Shown: positions 1 through 12,800 of the stretch, in pieces
How positions within the stretch are numbered: position 1 is the first letter of the stretch
Layout of the letters: every line of letters begins with the position of its first letter
DNA from: Amoebidium appalachense
Lineage: Eukaryota; Protista; Ichthyosporea
NCBI GenBank assembly: GCA_963693365.1
Contig: CAVNZM010000016.1
Span: 5,873,029-5,937,028 of the forward strand
DNA: 64,000 nucleotides
Reading direction: 5' to 3'
The notes under the pieces: model-generated
What the model was told of the DNA's origin: nothing
Databases searched by the model: none
The model's input: the letters and a program-made list of their open reading frames with translations, nothing else
Translations under genes and position numbers: made by a program

Positions 1-212
1 GGGTATGCAGGAAAAAGCACATCGACACAAGGTACACCCATTCATGACCGTTCTCAGAGACGATCCACGTAATCCACAGTGTGTGTGTGTGTGTGTGCGC
101 GCGCGCGCGCGCGTGTGCGTGTGCGTGTGCGTGTGCGTGTGGGTGTGGGTGTGCGTGTGCGTGTGTGTGCGTGTGCGCGCACGCGCGCGGGCAAGTGTGT
201 GTGTGCGTGTGC

Positions 213-302
<90 letters not shown>

Positions 303-613
303 ACGCATGCGCGCCTGTGGAGGGGGAGGGGGAGGGGGACTGGAGGAGGGGGAAGGGGGGGGAGGGGGGGGCGGGGGTAGTTACAGAAAAGGTCTTTCGG
401 TAGCCAACCAAAAGTGACCAGCCTAGTACCGATGAAAGAGAGTGTGAAACCGTGTTCACATCACGACATTCGGAGGTGCAATACAAAGGCTAAGCCATCT
501 AAGGTGAAATGCCGAGGTGTGGTACGTAGGTGTAAGGCTATTTTATGTCTATGTTTGTGACCGTGCGTGCGTGTGTGTGCCTGTATGTGTGTGTGTGTGT
601 GTTTGACGGGACA

Positions 614-647
<34 letters not shown>

Positions 648-767
648 ATGAAGCAGAGGCCCAAGCGAAGAACGTGATGCAATACATAGTGCAAGGAAGA
701 AAACCACAACGAAGAATATACAGCAAGGGCAGACCACAATGGGTAGTGGTTTGATGGCGAGGTAAGC

Positions 768-886
<119 letters not shown>

Positions 887-945
887 TGTGTGTGTGTGTG
901 TGTGCGTGTGTGTTGCGGGGGGGAGGGGGGGACTCAAGCACACAC

Positions 946-1068
946 CTCCTCCTTTGCTTTAGCCAGCTCGCCCTGTCTCGCCCACTTCTTTTGGGTAAGG
1001 CTCTTGGCCTCCTCCAGTTTCTTCTTGTTCTTCTCTAGCTCTGCTTTCATAACAGCAGCAAAATCCAT
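946..1068 (-). CDS. PRP18: First coding exon of a PRP18-like pre-mRNA splicing factor; the gene continues off the left edge
   Basis: ATG at 1068 gives MDFAAVMKAELEKNKKKLEEAKSLTQKKWARQGELAKAKEE, followed by a GT donor (gtgtgt). This resembles PRP18 N-termini (MD...K.E+.+K+.....KK+.+..EL....EE). A CAG acceptor just upstream suggests a 5'UTR intron. Only one exon is visible. Confidence 0.6.
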
Positions 1069-1932
1069 GTTGGCGGGAGCTGCAGGCAGCAAGGCCCTAT
1101 AACTACGCTATGTACTTCAGTAGAGGCGGAGTCGGTCCCCTTTGCTCGAAATCGACCAGAAAAAGAGAATAAGAACTAAGGACATCCACCTGCAAGTACC
1201 ACCTAAAGAGCTCACTGCGACGCTGTTGTTCTAGCCTCGACCAAACAAAAACTATAAACTCAAGCTACTTATGCTTACGAAACCTCAGCTCCTTACGCTA
1301 TCTTTAAATGGACAGTAAGCGCTTCCAAGCGTTTGCGCGTAACATATGCATGTAAGCAGAATCTAAGTGGAAACGCAACAGAACACAATTGCAAACGCTT
1401 CACGAACAAGAGTCCGGGAGGCCTTGTTTCAAGAAGCCAGGATTAGTCTACATAGAAGTGTACAGGGGATGACGTCACAGTGCGTTCTTTATGTGGAAGA
1501 CTACATGAATCTGGCCCGAATCGACTCGATGTTTCGACTACAAACAGTAGAACACTTATGCACCAATTGTTAGTTTTTTTTAATTTTGGTGGTCTCCTAA
1601 GAGTTACGCAAAACTTTTTATTATATCACGGATGCCTGTAACCGGCTTCCATTTACCCGCCAACTATATAAGCTGGCGGCTGGTGTCTCACTCGGCTGGC
1701 CCTCGAAAGCTTCGGTCCACGGTCCATCTTGGTTACGTCAGACATTTGTCGTTCGACAAACGTTAAAAAAGACACCCGTTTACGTTTGGGGGCACAATTC
1801 TCCTTGTGTAGGCGTCCGATTGACGCGCTAGAGATTAGAAAACGTGCAGGGAAAGCGTGGGTAGTCTTGTAGCTTTCGGTAGGCACAAAATCTGCTCGGC
1901 CGTGCTCCGCTGGGGCGGGAGAAGCCATCACC
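1069..1932. promoter_or_regulatory. Bidirectional promoter region between PRP18-like (-) and RPB2 (+)
   Basis: Repeat-free ~860 bp between divergent ATGs, with a CRE-like palindrome TGACGTCA at 1470-1477 and a TATATAA motif near 1665. Confidence 0.55.
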
Positions 1933-2983
1933 ATGGACTACAACCCGTATAACGACTATGCAGGTATCGTCTTTTACGTCGGGTTTTAGTCGTGCGAAGG
2001 CAACTACCTAGTCAGTTTAAACTAGCAATCACAGTGTTCTCGTGATTCCCTCGACAGTATTTTCTGCTTCGGTTTTAGAAAGCGGGACATATGAATTACT
2101 TGCAGGGATGAGGTGAGATGACGGTCAGCTTTTGGTCGTTCTTGAATCTTGCAAAGCGAAGCGGATTGTTGATTTGACTTTAGCACTTTTAAGCAGAACT
2201 CATAGCATGATGATGTTCTGCGCATTTGCTTTGTCCTTTTTGTCAAAGGAACAAGTAGGATCATACAGTTTAGGCATCATGGTTGCTACCAGTGGGTGTG
2301 CTGGCGTGCCCCTCGCCTCTGCAGGTACGCTTCTTCGCTGCCTTCTCCAAAAAGCGAATTGCTCTATACGAAAGCAAAGCTTAGTGGCATTATGCCCCTT
2401 CTTTTTGTTCCATGGTGGTGTTCCGCGTGCCTGACGGGCGTGTGCTCCTAGATGCATACCAGCAAATGGATGTGGATGATGGGGACGACTCCCAAATCCG
2501 TGCTGAGGACTGTTGGACCGTTATCAACGCCTTTTTCAAGGAGAAGGGTTTGGGTGAGTGCTTGACAGAAGCTGTTCGCGTTTCCCCTGCCCTTCTTATG
2601 TTATAGGGATGGTGGTGGTGTTAAGCTGTTTGTGCTCTGGCAACCTTGATTGTTTTATATAGTGGGTTCACCTGTGACCTGTGTGCAGAAACCTATGGCG
2701 TTCACAGACAAGTAAGACTTTAAAGGGAGCAGACAGTAGCCAACATCTAATGAACCCATTCCTGAGGTTGCGTTTCTGTCTCATAGTGGTTGGCTTTCTT
2801 TTGTTGAGGTTGAACAAGTGAAAGCTACTTGTCAGCAACAACCATTCTAAGAAATGGCTGACTTCACTGATCAAGAGGGAAAAACTTTAGGCTTGGTGGT
2901 ATCATGCGTCCCCCCCTCCCCCTCCCTCCCTCCCCCCCCTCCCCCCCCCCCGCATATACGCGCACGCGCACACACACACACAC

Positions 2984-3025
<42 letters not shown>

Positions 3026-5557
3026 ACACGGTTTTTGACCAAAACATGCTTTGTGCAGTGCGCCAGCAGCTGGACTCGTTCGACGAGTTCTTGAAAGTCG
3101 GCATCCAGGAAACCATCGACAACATCCCCCCTGGACCTTCAGGCAGAGAGTCAGCATCAGTTCGCTAACGCTGATGCACCTGTATGTATTCTTTTTGGGA
3201 CTCCCTTCCTTTTTCCCCCTCATGCTGCCTTTTTTTTAAGGGTTTTTTTTTTGCGCGCTGCTTCCTGAACTCTTACTTTCGTCGCCTATCCTTCCTAGAG
3301 GTTACTCCTTGGGCTTTTCTTATCAAAGCTGATGCTTGGATGTTAAGACACCTCAACAGGCCGGTGTATGGGAGCGTGGGGATGGGTAGGGTAGGGTGCC
3401 AGTTTTTTGTGCGTTTGTGTGTTTGGGGTGTGGGTTCTTGGGTGTGTGTGCGCGTGTGTGTGTGTGTTTTGGGGGGAGTCGAGGGGGGGGGGGGGGGGGG
3501 GAAGGATAGGCCCGGGGGGGGGGGGGGGGTTGTTGGCTGTTGGTGGGGGGAGAGGGGGGGGTGGGGGGGGATTAAGGGATAAAGGTGTCTTGCATGTGTG
3601 TTTGTGGGAACGTAGCAGGCAGCTAACCCTGGGCTGCACAGCCTCGCTACGTGATCAAGTTCGGGCAAGTGTACGTCAGTCGACCAACAATTGCTGAAGA
3701 GGACGGTGGGTGTCCTTTTTTTCCCCTTCTGGCTATTGTTTTTGTTTCTAGGTGTAAGCGAATGAATGAGCTACCTCCCATATGATCTTTTCTCCACGCA
3801 TCCTGTGCTTGTGCACGGGGGTGGGGAGTGAGTGTGGAAATAAACATGCAGTCATTCGGCAACCGTCCACCAGGCCTTAGGTGTGTTTATTTTGCAAGCA
3901 AGATATTTGGGATTTTATTTGTGGGCATGGCGGTGGGCATGTGCGGTGTGAAGCGCATCATTTAGGGGGAAAGAAGAAAGTGGTGGAAAGGGGTGGAAAA
4001 GTAGAAAGTAAAGGGGAGATTCTGTGTGGTTATTTAACTTTTTTTGGTTTCATGCTCGTGATGGGCTGACCTTTTTTTTCTTCTAGGCACATTGACACCT
4101 ATCACGCCAAACGAGGCTCGCCTCCGCAACTTGGTGTACGCCTCGCAGCTCTACGTCCGAGTGACCAAGACACAGTATGTGGGTGGTGACGAAAAAGGTG
4201 TGTGCTGATGGGATGTGGATGTATTTGGATCCCAAGAGAGAGGTGTATGGTGCGGTGTTGTTTCGGATTGTACTTGCATGACACACAATGCCTTGATTTT
4301 GGAACGTGCATAAGATTACGACGACACCCCTCTCCTTCACCTCCTTCCACGGGTAACCACCCAGTTTCACGTGAAGTGATATGTGAGTTGGTTTTTGGTG
4401 CGCAAGTTGAACGGGTCCGATTTCGGATACCGTGGATGGCTTCTCGTGTTGCACACTGTGTGTGCAAATACGTTGCCCGTGTAAGTTGGCACTTCGTTAC
4501 GTGTATCAAACCCCCCCCCCCCCCCCCCCCCCCCCCCACCCACCCACCCACCCACCCACCCACCCACCTTGATTGCAGTGATCTTTTGCTTTGCTCACAC
4601 TTTCCGTAGCACATGCATGCCCTGCACCTATAACCACCACAACAACACTCAAACATCCAGCACACCATACACACTGCAATCCAATGTCCAATACCACAAA
4701 CCAACTGTCCCTGCATTTTTAAGTTAGCTCTAATAGTAATCATATAATCATAATCTTGCAGATGCACACGAGGAGGAGTTTCCCAAGGCGCCACTGGGCA
4801 AGGTGCCCATCATGTTACGTTCGTGTTACTGCGTGCTGTACAACTCATCGCCCCAGGATTTGGCGCAGCTGAACGAGTGTGCATACGACCAGGGTGGTTA
4901 CTTCATCATCAACGGCTCAGAGAAGGTAGAGTGGTCTACATGTGCTTGCATGTTATTCCTCTCTTTCTCTCTCTCCCTCTCTCCCCCTCCCCCCCCCCCC
5001 CCCCCCCCCCCCTCCCCTGACACTCTCTCCCTATCTCTCTCTTTCTCTCTGTCTCTCCCTCCCCCTCCTCTCCCCCTCCCCCCTTCAGCTGGTGCAGTAT
5101 GTTAGCCAGGGAAGTATCGACTTAGGTAGCGACGGGGGAGCTTCCTAGAAGCCCCGTCTCCTGAGTTCCTATCTATATTTTTCTTGCTTCTGCTTACTGC
5201 TGCAACTTTAACCCCCGGCCTTTCCCACTGCCCTTGCCTGCATAAGCAACCCTGCTCGTCTCTGATCAAGACGGGTGACCTACCCATGTTCAAGTGAAAC
5301 AGTATCTGAGTTGGGTTTCGTTAACGAGGTGAATAGGTCGAAACTCGGGTACTGTGGATGCCGTGGGCCCCCCCTGAGGATGGGCTCTGCTTATTATGCA
5401 TACTCTTTATGTATGGCTTGCATTCTGCATCGTGTTATCCGTTTGTTCTTGTGTACTTCGTACTTTTTGACGCATTCAAACCCCCCCCCCCCCCTCCCTC
5501 CCTCTTTGTCGACTCCCTCCTCCCCCTCTTCTTCCCCTTCCAAACGCGTGTGCACAC

Positions 5558-5590
<33 letters not shown>

Positions 5591-7598
5591 TGCACACATG
5601 TGCGTGCGCACAAATACATATACAGGCACCCTGTTCCCAGGGAGGGGATGCGCTGTGGGGTTGTGGGTGTGGGTGGCCTTGTTTGGGGGGCAAGGGAGGT
5701 GGGGGGGGGGGGGGGGGGGGGGGAGGGGGGGGGGGCTCCAAAGGATGAAGTAGTAGATGTGACGTTTGCCTCTGCCTTTTTTTTTTTTTTTTTTTGTTCG
5801 GTTTCTTGTGCTCTGTTTTCTGTTCCCGAAGGTTTTGGGAGTAAGCAAGCTTATGGTTGGCACTTGCAGGTGTTGATTGCGCAAGAGTCCATGAGCAAGA
5901 ACCAGGTATATGTGTTTGCAAAGAAGCAACCGTCCAAGTGGTCATATGCAGCAGAAATCCGGTCATCCCCAGAAACAGGTGTGGGTCCGGCTAGTTTAGT
6001 GCAGGGCGTGTGTGTTTTCCTTGGGTTTCTTTGACTGTGTAGTAGATAGTGTAATATTGCAGCCACGGCCATGCAGCAACAATCAATTTAATGAACTAAA
6101 TCGTACATCGATGGTGCATAAAGAAACATGCTGTGTGACAAAAATTATAACCTTGCACCATTGGTACCTACAGCACTATTGCAAACGGACTCGACACGGC
6201 GTTTAGTGGGACGCAAAATATGTAGATTATGTTCTAAAGATGATTGATACATGTTAGATAGTGTTTTTTAAGGCAATCAGAGTGTGTTAGATAGTTTAGT
6301 GTATGTTCTACAATGCTTTCACTGAAAACGGCTTCCAATCAGAACAATGCAAATTTTGCAAGTCGATTGGATGGCGGTCTGAATTTATTCCTGGCCGGTT
6401 TTCGGGAATCTGAGCGAAGCAAAATTTCATAGATTGAACCATGGCGGCCAATTGTGCAATCGTAAAGACCTCTCTTTGATCGGATTGGAGGCCGTTTTCA
6501 GTGCAAGCATTGTAGTGATGTACAGGCAGTAACGATGGGTGATGTGCAGGCACTGGTTTGGCGCAGGCAGTGTACGTCAAGCTGCTAGCAAGGGGCACCG
6601 GGTCCAGAAACACACTGGGCCAGACTATCCAGGCAACCCTGCCCTACATTCGTCAGGTGGGTTGGCGCTTTCCCCCCTTGTTCTCCTTGCAATGTTTGTG
6701 ATGCATTGGCTATTTGTGTGACAATGGATGTCTTAGTGTGTGCTGCTGGTGCATAGTGTTAGACTATCCAGGCACCCTGCCCTACATCCGCCAGGTGGGT
6801 TGGAGCTTTTGTCCCTTTTTTTTTTTTCTTGGTTTCCTTGCAATGTTTGTGGATGGATGGTTAAGTGTGGAACGATGGTGCACTTGGTGTGTGCGTTTTG
6901 GTGAATAGTGTGTGAGGCTATCCGGGCGAGCTTCTGAGTTACAGGGATGGTTATTAAGATGCCACACACACGGGAGTGCACACACATGCACACACAAACA
7001 CACACACAAACACAAAAGTAAACGATTACACACTACATTAGAGTAATCTGGGTTCTATGCGTGTGGTACAAACATACATTCATCATGCCAACGAAGAGCA
7101 ATCTGTTGTGCATGTAGCATTCAACGATTTGTCTTTTAGAAACGTGGAGATTGGTTGTGAATCTCTCCTTACTCCTACTTAAAACGATCTTCAGGATATA
7201 AAGACGAAAATTGGAATCCTAAATACAGAAATTGGTAGAATCCGGATTTTAGAGGTCTGAAGTTGGAATTAAGAATTATTTAATAGGTAGGGCAGTTGTG
7301 GTGGGATATTCGCATAAGCGAGGCGATTGATGACAATTGCTGGGGGGCACACAGGATATCCCCATCGTCGTGACCTTCCGAGCAATGGGCTTTGTGGCTG
7401 ACCGTGATATTCTGGAACACATCGTCTACGATTTTAAGTGAGTGGCCATGGCCAAAGTGGTTTTCCTCTTTCTTTTCTTCCCCCCCTTCCCCCCCCCCCC
7501 CCCCCCCCTGCATACTCTTTATGTATGGCTTGCATTCTGCATCGTGTTATCCGTTTGTTCTTGTGTACTTCGTACTTTTTGACGCATTCAAACCCCCC

Positions 7599-7688
<90 letters not shown>

Positions 7689-7714
7689 GTGTGTTGGTTA
7701 GGTGGGTGGGTGGG

Positions 7715-7753
<39 letters not shown>

Positions 7754-7782
7754 TGTGTGTGTGTGGTCCGGAGGGGAGGGAA

Positions 7783-7815
<33 letters not shown>

Positions 7816-8024
7816 TGTGTGTGTGGGCTGGGGGGAAGGAGGTGGGGTGGGAGGGGGGGAGGGGGAGTACATGTGTGTGTGTGGTGTATTTGGTGGGTGT
7901 TTAAGTTGATTAACGGTGGCACGCAGTGACATGGAGATGATGGAGCTGCTCAAGCCATCACTGGAGGAGGCATTCGTCATCCAGCACAGAGACGTGGCCC
8001 TGGACTTCATCGGTATGTGTGTGT

Positions 8025-8068
<44 letters not shown>

Positions 8069-8172
8069 GAGGGGAGGGGGGAGGGGGGGGGGGGAAGTCC
8101 GAATGATGTTGCATGGGGGGGGGGGGGGGGGGGGGGGGGTGAGGGCGGGTGGTGTGGTGCACGTGGGGGAAG

Positions 8173-8206
<34 letters not shown>

Positions 8207-8859
8207 GGCAGAGGGGATGGGGAAGAGAGTGAGTTTTATCTTTAAAGGGATATTGCATGTTGTTGGATTACATTGCTCTTCGTTTGGGGATATTTGAATG
8301 ATCTCGTGCACGTATGGTCTACTATGTGTGGTGGGCAAATCGGGCGATTGAAGAGATAAACAAAAACGCATTCAAAGGGGGGGAGTGGGGGCTTAATGAT
8401 CAAAAAACGAGTGATTTTTTCGTTGCTGAAATGGATATCCGGTGCTCAGGTACACGTGGTACAACGGTGGGTGCAACGAGAGACAAGCGTCGCAAGTATG
8501 CTCAGGAGATCTTGCAGAAGGAGATGTTGCCCCACGTGGGTGTGACGGCACAGTGCGAAACTAAGAAGGCCTGGTTCTTTGGTTACATGATTCATCGCTT
8601 GCTGCTGGCTTCTCTGGGTAGAAGAGAGGTGGGGATCCTCCCTGCTCCCCGACAATGATCACCACCACACACACCCGAATATACACCAATACACACAAAC
8701 ACGCACACACACACACGTGCATGCACATACACATACAGACAGAGGGAGAGAAAAATAGACAGACACACATGGACACATGCACACATACACACACACAGCG
8801 CGCGCGCGCACACATGTACACACGCAACACACATACACGCATGCGCACATGCGTGCGTG

Positions 8860-8891
<32 letters not shown>

Positions 8892-9622
8892 ACACGCGCA
8901 CATGCACATTGCCACCCTCCTTTCCTATTCATACACACATGCACACCTTCCCGCTTCTTATCTTTTGTTTACGATTCTTTTCCCATTGTTACCTTCCTCC
9001 CTGTTAGTGTTTGAGGGTAGTTAGGCACGCTGTGTTTTTATGTGCTCTCTCTTTCCCCGGACTCGTAACCTCACTTCCTCCCCCCTCCCCCCTCCCCCCC
9101 CTCCCCCCCCCCCCTCCCTCCCTTATGATGCATCAACACCCACCCTCACGCTCCTCCGCCCTCCCCCTCCCCCCTGTGCACAGTGCACGGTGAATGAATT
9201 TTTGAGTTGAGTTTTCCTCGTATATGCACCCACATTTGTCATTGTGAGTGCACGTGATAATGGGTGGAGGAGGGGGGGGGGGGAGGGGGGGGGGGGGGGG
9301 GAGCGGGGAATCTATGTGTCTGTAGACAGTGGAGGGGTGAAGCGGGTCAACACTGCTAGCAGGCTAATGCGTGCCTTGTGACCCTTGTAGTTGTTGTCTA
9401 CATCCGCGTAAGTTGTTGAAAGATTATGCAGTTGCATGATGCTGATACGTTGTGTGGTGTGCTCACAGCAAGACGACCGTGACCACTTTGGCAACAAGCG
9501 CATGGACCTTGCCGGTGCGCTGCTGTCCCAGCTATTCCGCCTGCTGTTCCGCAAACTTGTCAAGGAGGTCCAAATACAGCTGCAGAAGTAAGAATGCCCT
9601 TGGGTTGTTTATCGGACCTCCT

Positions 9623-9653
<31 letters not shown>

Positions 9654-9807
9654 GAAGGGGGTGGGGGGGGATCTCATTTGTTTGTTAGAATTGGGCTTCT
9701 TGATTGGGCATGTGGTTGAAACACTGACGGCTAGCTTATTGACGAGGTCCAGATACAGCTGCAGAAGTGAGGACCCCTGGTGTTGCTGATGTTGTGTTGA
9801 TGTGTGC

Positions 9808-9896
<89 letters not shown>

Positions 9897-12800
9897 GGGG
9901 GGGTGGGGGGTGGGGCTGTCACTTGGTTGTTAGCGTGGGGTTTTCTTGATTGGACATCTGGTGTTTTTGATTGACGGCTAGTTTAGTTGTAATCGTAAGA
10001 AGCTGAGTTGTATATGAGGTGGGGGGGGGGGGAGGGGGGGGGGGGGGGGGGGGGAACAAAGGAGAGGAGAGTCTTTTCTTCGGATCGATCATCGGAGCTT
10101 ATGGGTGGGGAGTTTTCTTGGTGTGAGGGAGGTAATAATGCTGATACCATTAACCCTTTGCAGGTCTATCGACCGTGGGCGGGACTTTGCCCTGAGCTCA
10201 GCCGTGCAGTCCAACATCATCGGCAACGGCCTGAAATACTCTCTGGCCACAGGTCAGTATTGTTCTTTTTTTCGTAGTACGACTGGCAAGTTTGGGCGTT
10301 GTGCTCTTTACAAAGAAGTGCTTTCTCGGTTGCGGCTTCGTGCCAGTTCTCTGGGCTCAAATGACACGTTATCACCAGCAAGCAAGGTTTTAATGGCAAG
10401 CTCTGGATATTCAATGCGCATATGACTGTACTGGCCATAGATTTAGCCTCGATTCAATTGTTGTCGTGGTTTGCACAGACAACAGGCGAAAACTACGTGC
10501 TACGTGTGCATGGGTTTGCATAGTACCCGTGCTGTTTGGTTGACACCGATAGTTGTGCATGGATTATTTTTTGCCAACCACTTTGGCTGGCTTGCACAAG
10601 AGTGACGTGACGTGACGTATGGGGAGTACAGGTAACTGGGGTGAGCAAAGAAAGGCCCATCAGTCGAGAGCCGGTGTGTCGCAGGTGTTGAATCGTCTCA
10701 CATTCGCATCTACATTATCACACTTGCGGCGACTCAACACACCCATTGAGCGTGGCGGTATGTACCACACACGCGCGCGCGATAAGAACACACATGCACA
10801 CGCACGTGTACACACACATGCATATGCACATGCGTACATGCACATGCATATGCACACAATATGAACACACACATGCACATGCACATACACGTGCAACACG
10901 AACACATACACGTGCCAGCACGGACACGCGCACACACACATGCACATATACACACACGCACGTGCACGCGCGCACACACATGTATGCTTACACACGCACA
11001 CACGCGCGCATGCACACACGCAGGCGCTCACACATACCTACATACACATGCATATGCACGTGCACACACCCTCGCCCCCCTCTCCCTCCCCCCTCCCTCC
11101 CCCTCCCCCCCTCCCCCCCCCCCCCCCCCCCCCCGCCCCTTCCCCCCCATTTAAAAACCAGCCACCACAACCACCTGTCTCTTTTCCCTTCGTTGCATTT
11201 GCCCTTGATAATGATGAAATCTAAACGGCAGCTGTAAAGCACCTGCCCAAGTGTTTAAAAGAACTATGATCGCGTGAACACCACCTCCCAGGCTTCCACA
11301 TGGTACGTTTAAGTTGCCTGACATACGCTCTGGTTCATAGTCAACGATTGTGTGAAGATGAGCAAGAGTTGAAATCGGTTGTAATCACGATGTTCTGGTT
11401 TGTTAAAGCGTGGTATTTTTTTTTTTTTTTGGGGGGGGGGGGGGTCCCCCCCTACTTTGCTCCCTCCCCCCTTCTCCGTTTCCCTTCCCCCTCTCCTTCC
11501 TCCTCCTTCCTCCCTCCCTTCCACCCACTCCTATCCACTCTCCCAACCCTCACGCCATGTTTCTCACATGCATTATACCACACACAGGCAAGCTTGCCAA
11601 ACCTCGTCAGCTGCACAACACGCACTGGGGCATGGTGTGCCCTGCTGAGACACCCGAGGGCCAGGCCTGTGGGCTGGTCAAGAATCTGTCCCTCATGGCA
11701 CTCATTACGGTCGGCAGTCCCTCCAACCCTATCATGGAGTTCTTGGAGGAGGTATGCAACCTTAGACAAACCCCCCCCCCCCCCCCCCTTAACTTGTGTG
11801 CAGACGCACACCCACAACCACACCCACACACACCCGCTCATGCACAGATACACACGCACACGCACACATACACGGCCCGTCTCTTTTCACCTTCTCACCC
11901 TTCCCCCCCCCCCCCCCTCCCCCCCCCCCCCCCCTTAATCTCTGTCACTTCCCCTCCCTCCCCTCCCCGCCCACACCCCCTCTCCCTTTCCATCCTCTGT
12001 CTCCCCTTCCTCCCTCCCCCCTCCCCCCCCCCCCTCTCCCCCTCCCCCCCCCCCCCCCCCTTTTCTCTCTCCCCCTTCCCCCTCCCTCTCTCCATCTCCC
12101 CGCCTTCCGTCCTCCCCTCCCCCTCTCCCTCCTTTCCCTCTCTCTCTCACGCTGCCTTTTCTGTGGCTGTGTGCAGGCTGCGATGGAGAACATCGAGGAG
12201 GTGTCTTCCATGTCCATTGCAAACTCAACAAAGGTCTTCGTCAACGGCAACTGGGTCGGCGTCCACCCAGATCCGCAGGTACGTGAAGTGCCCTTCAGAA
12301 TTTAGATTCATTTCATGAAAAGGTGCGGCACGCGATAGTGTTTTTGTGCTTGAATGAGATGAGCAGTTGGTCGTGAGGTGTGTTTAAGGAAAAGGGAGAA
12401 AAGGAGTTAATGGGGATTCGAAGCAGGTTGGTGTTGGCTAAAAGTGCTCGAACCAACCGGTGCCGTCCTGTTTGAGGGTTGGGAGAGTCTGAGATGTTTG
12501 TCATCATAGCCAGCGTATTGTTTGTATCATAATGCTCGGTTGCCCAAGTATGGCTGCTCGGGACCGTCGTAATGGGGGGGGGGGGGAGGGGTTTAGGGGG
12601 GGGGGGGTTAGCTTGTTGAAAAATCACGGAAGTGTGTGCACGTGTGTGTGTGGGGGTGGGAGGAGGGGGGGGAGTTATAAGCACGTGGGAGACTAACGTA
12701 TGTGGGTGGGGGAACACAGGATCTAGTCAAGACTATCCGTGAGCTGCGGCAGGCGGGCAGTGTGTCTCCTGAGCTGTCTGTGGTGCTGGACATCCGTGAG

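Noticed and set aside
3121-3135. Frameshift in RPB2 exon 3 as programmed frameshifting or pseudogenisation
   Set aside because: It lies in a C homopolymer. Correcting it gives IP(P)LDLQAESQH, matching RPB2, and the rest of the gene is intact, so it is a likely long-read error.
11209-11322. Possible intronic box C/D snoRNA (ATGATGA...CTGA)
   Set aside because: No terminal stem and no recognisable rRNA-complementary guide.
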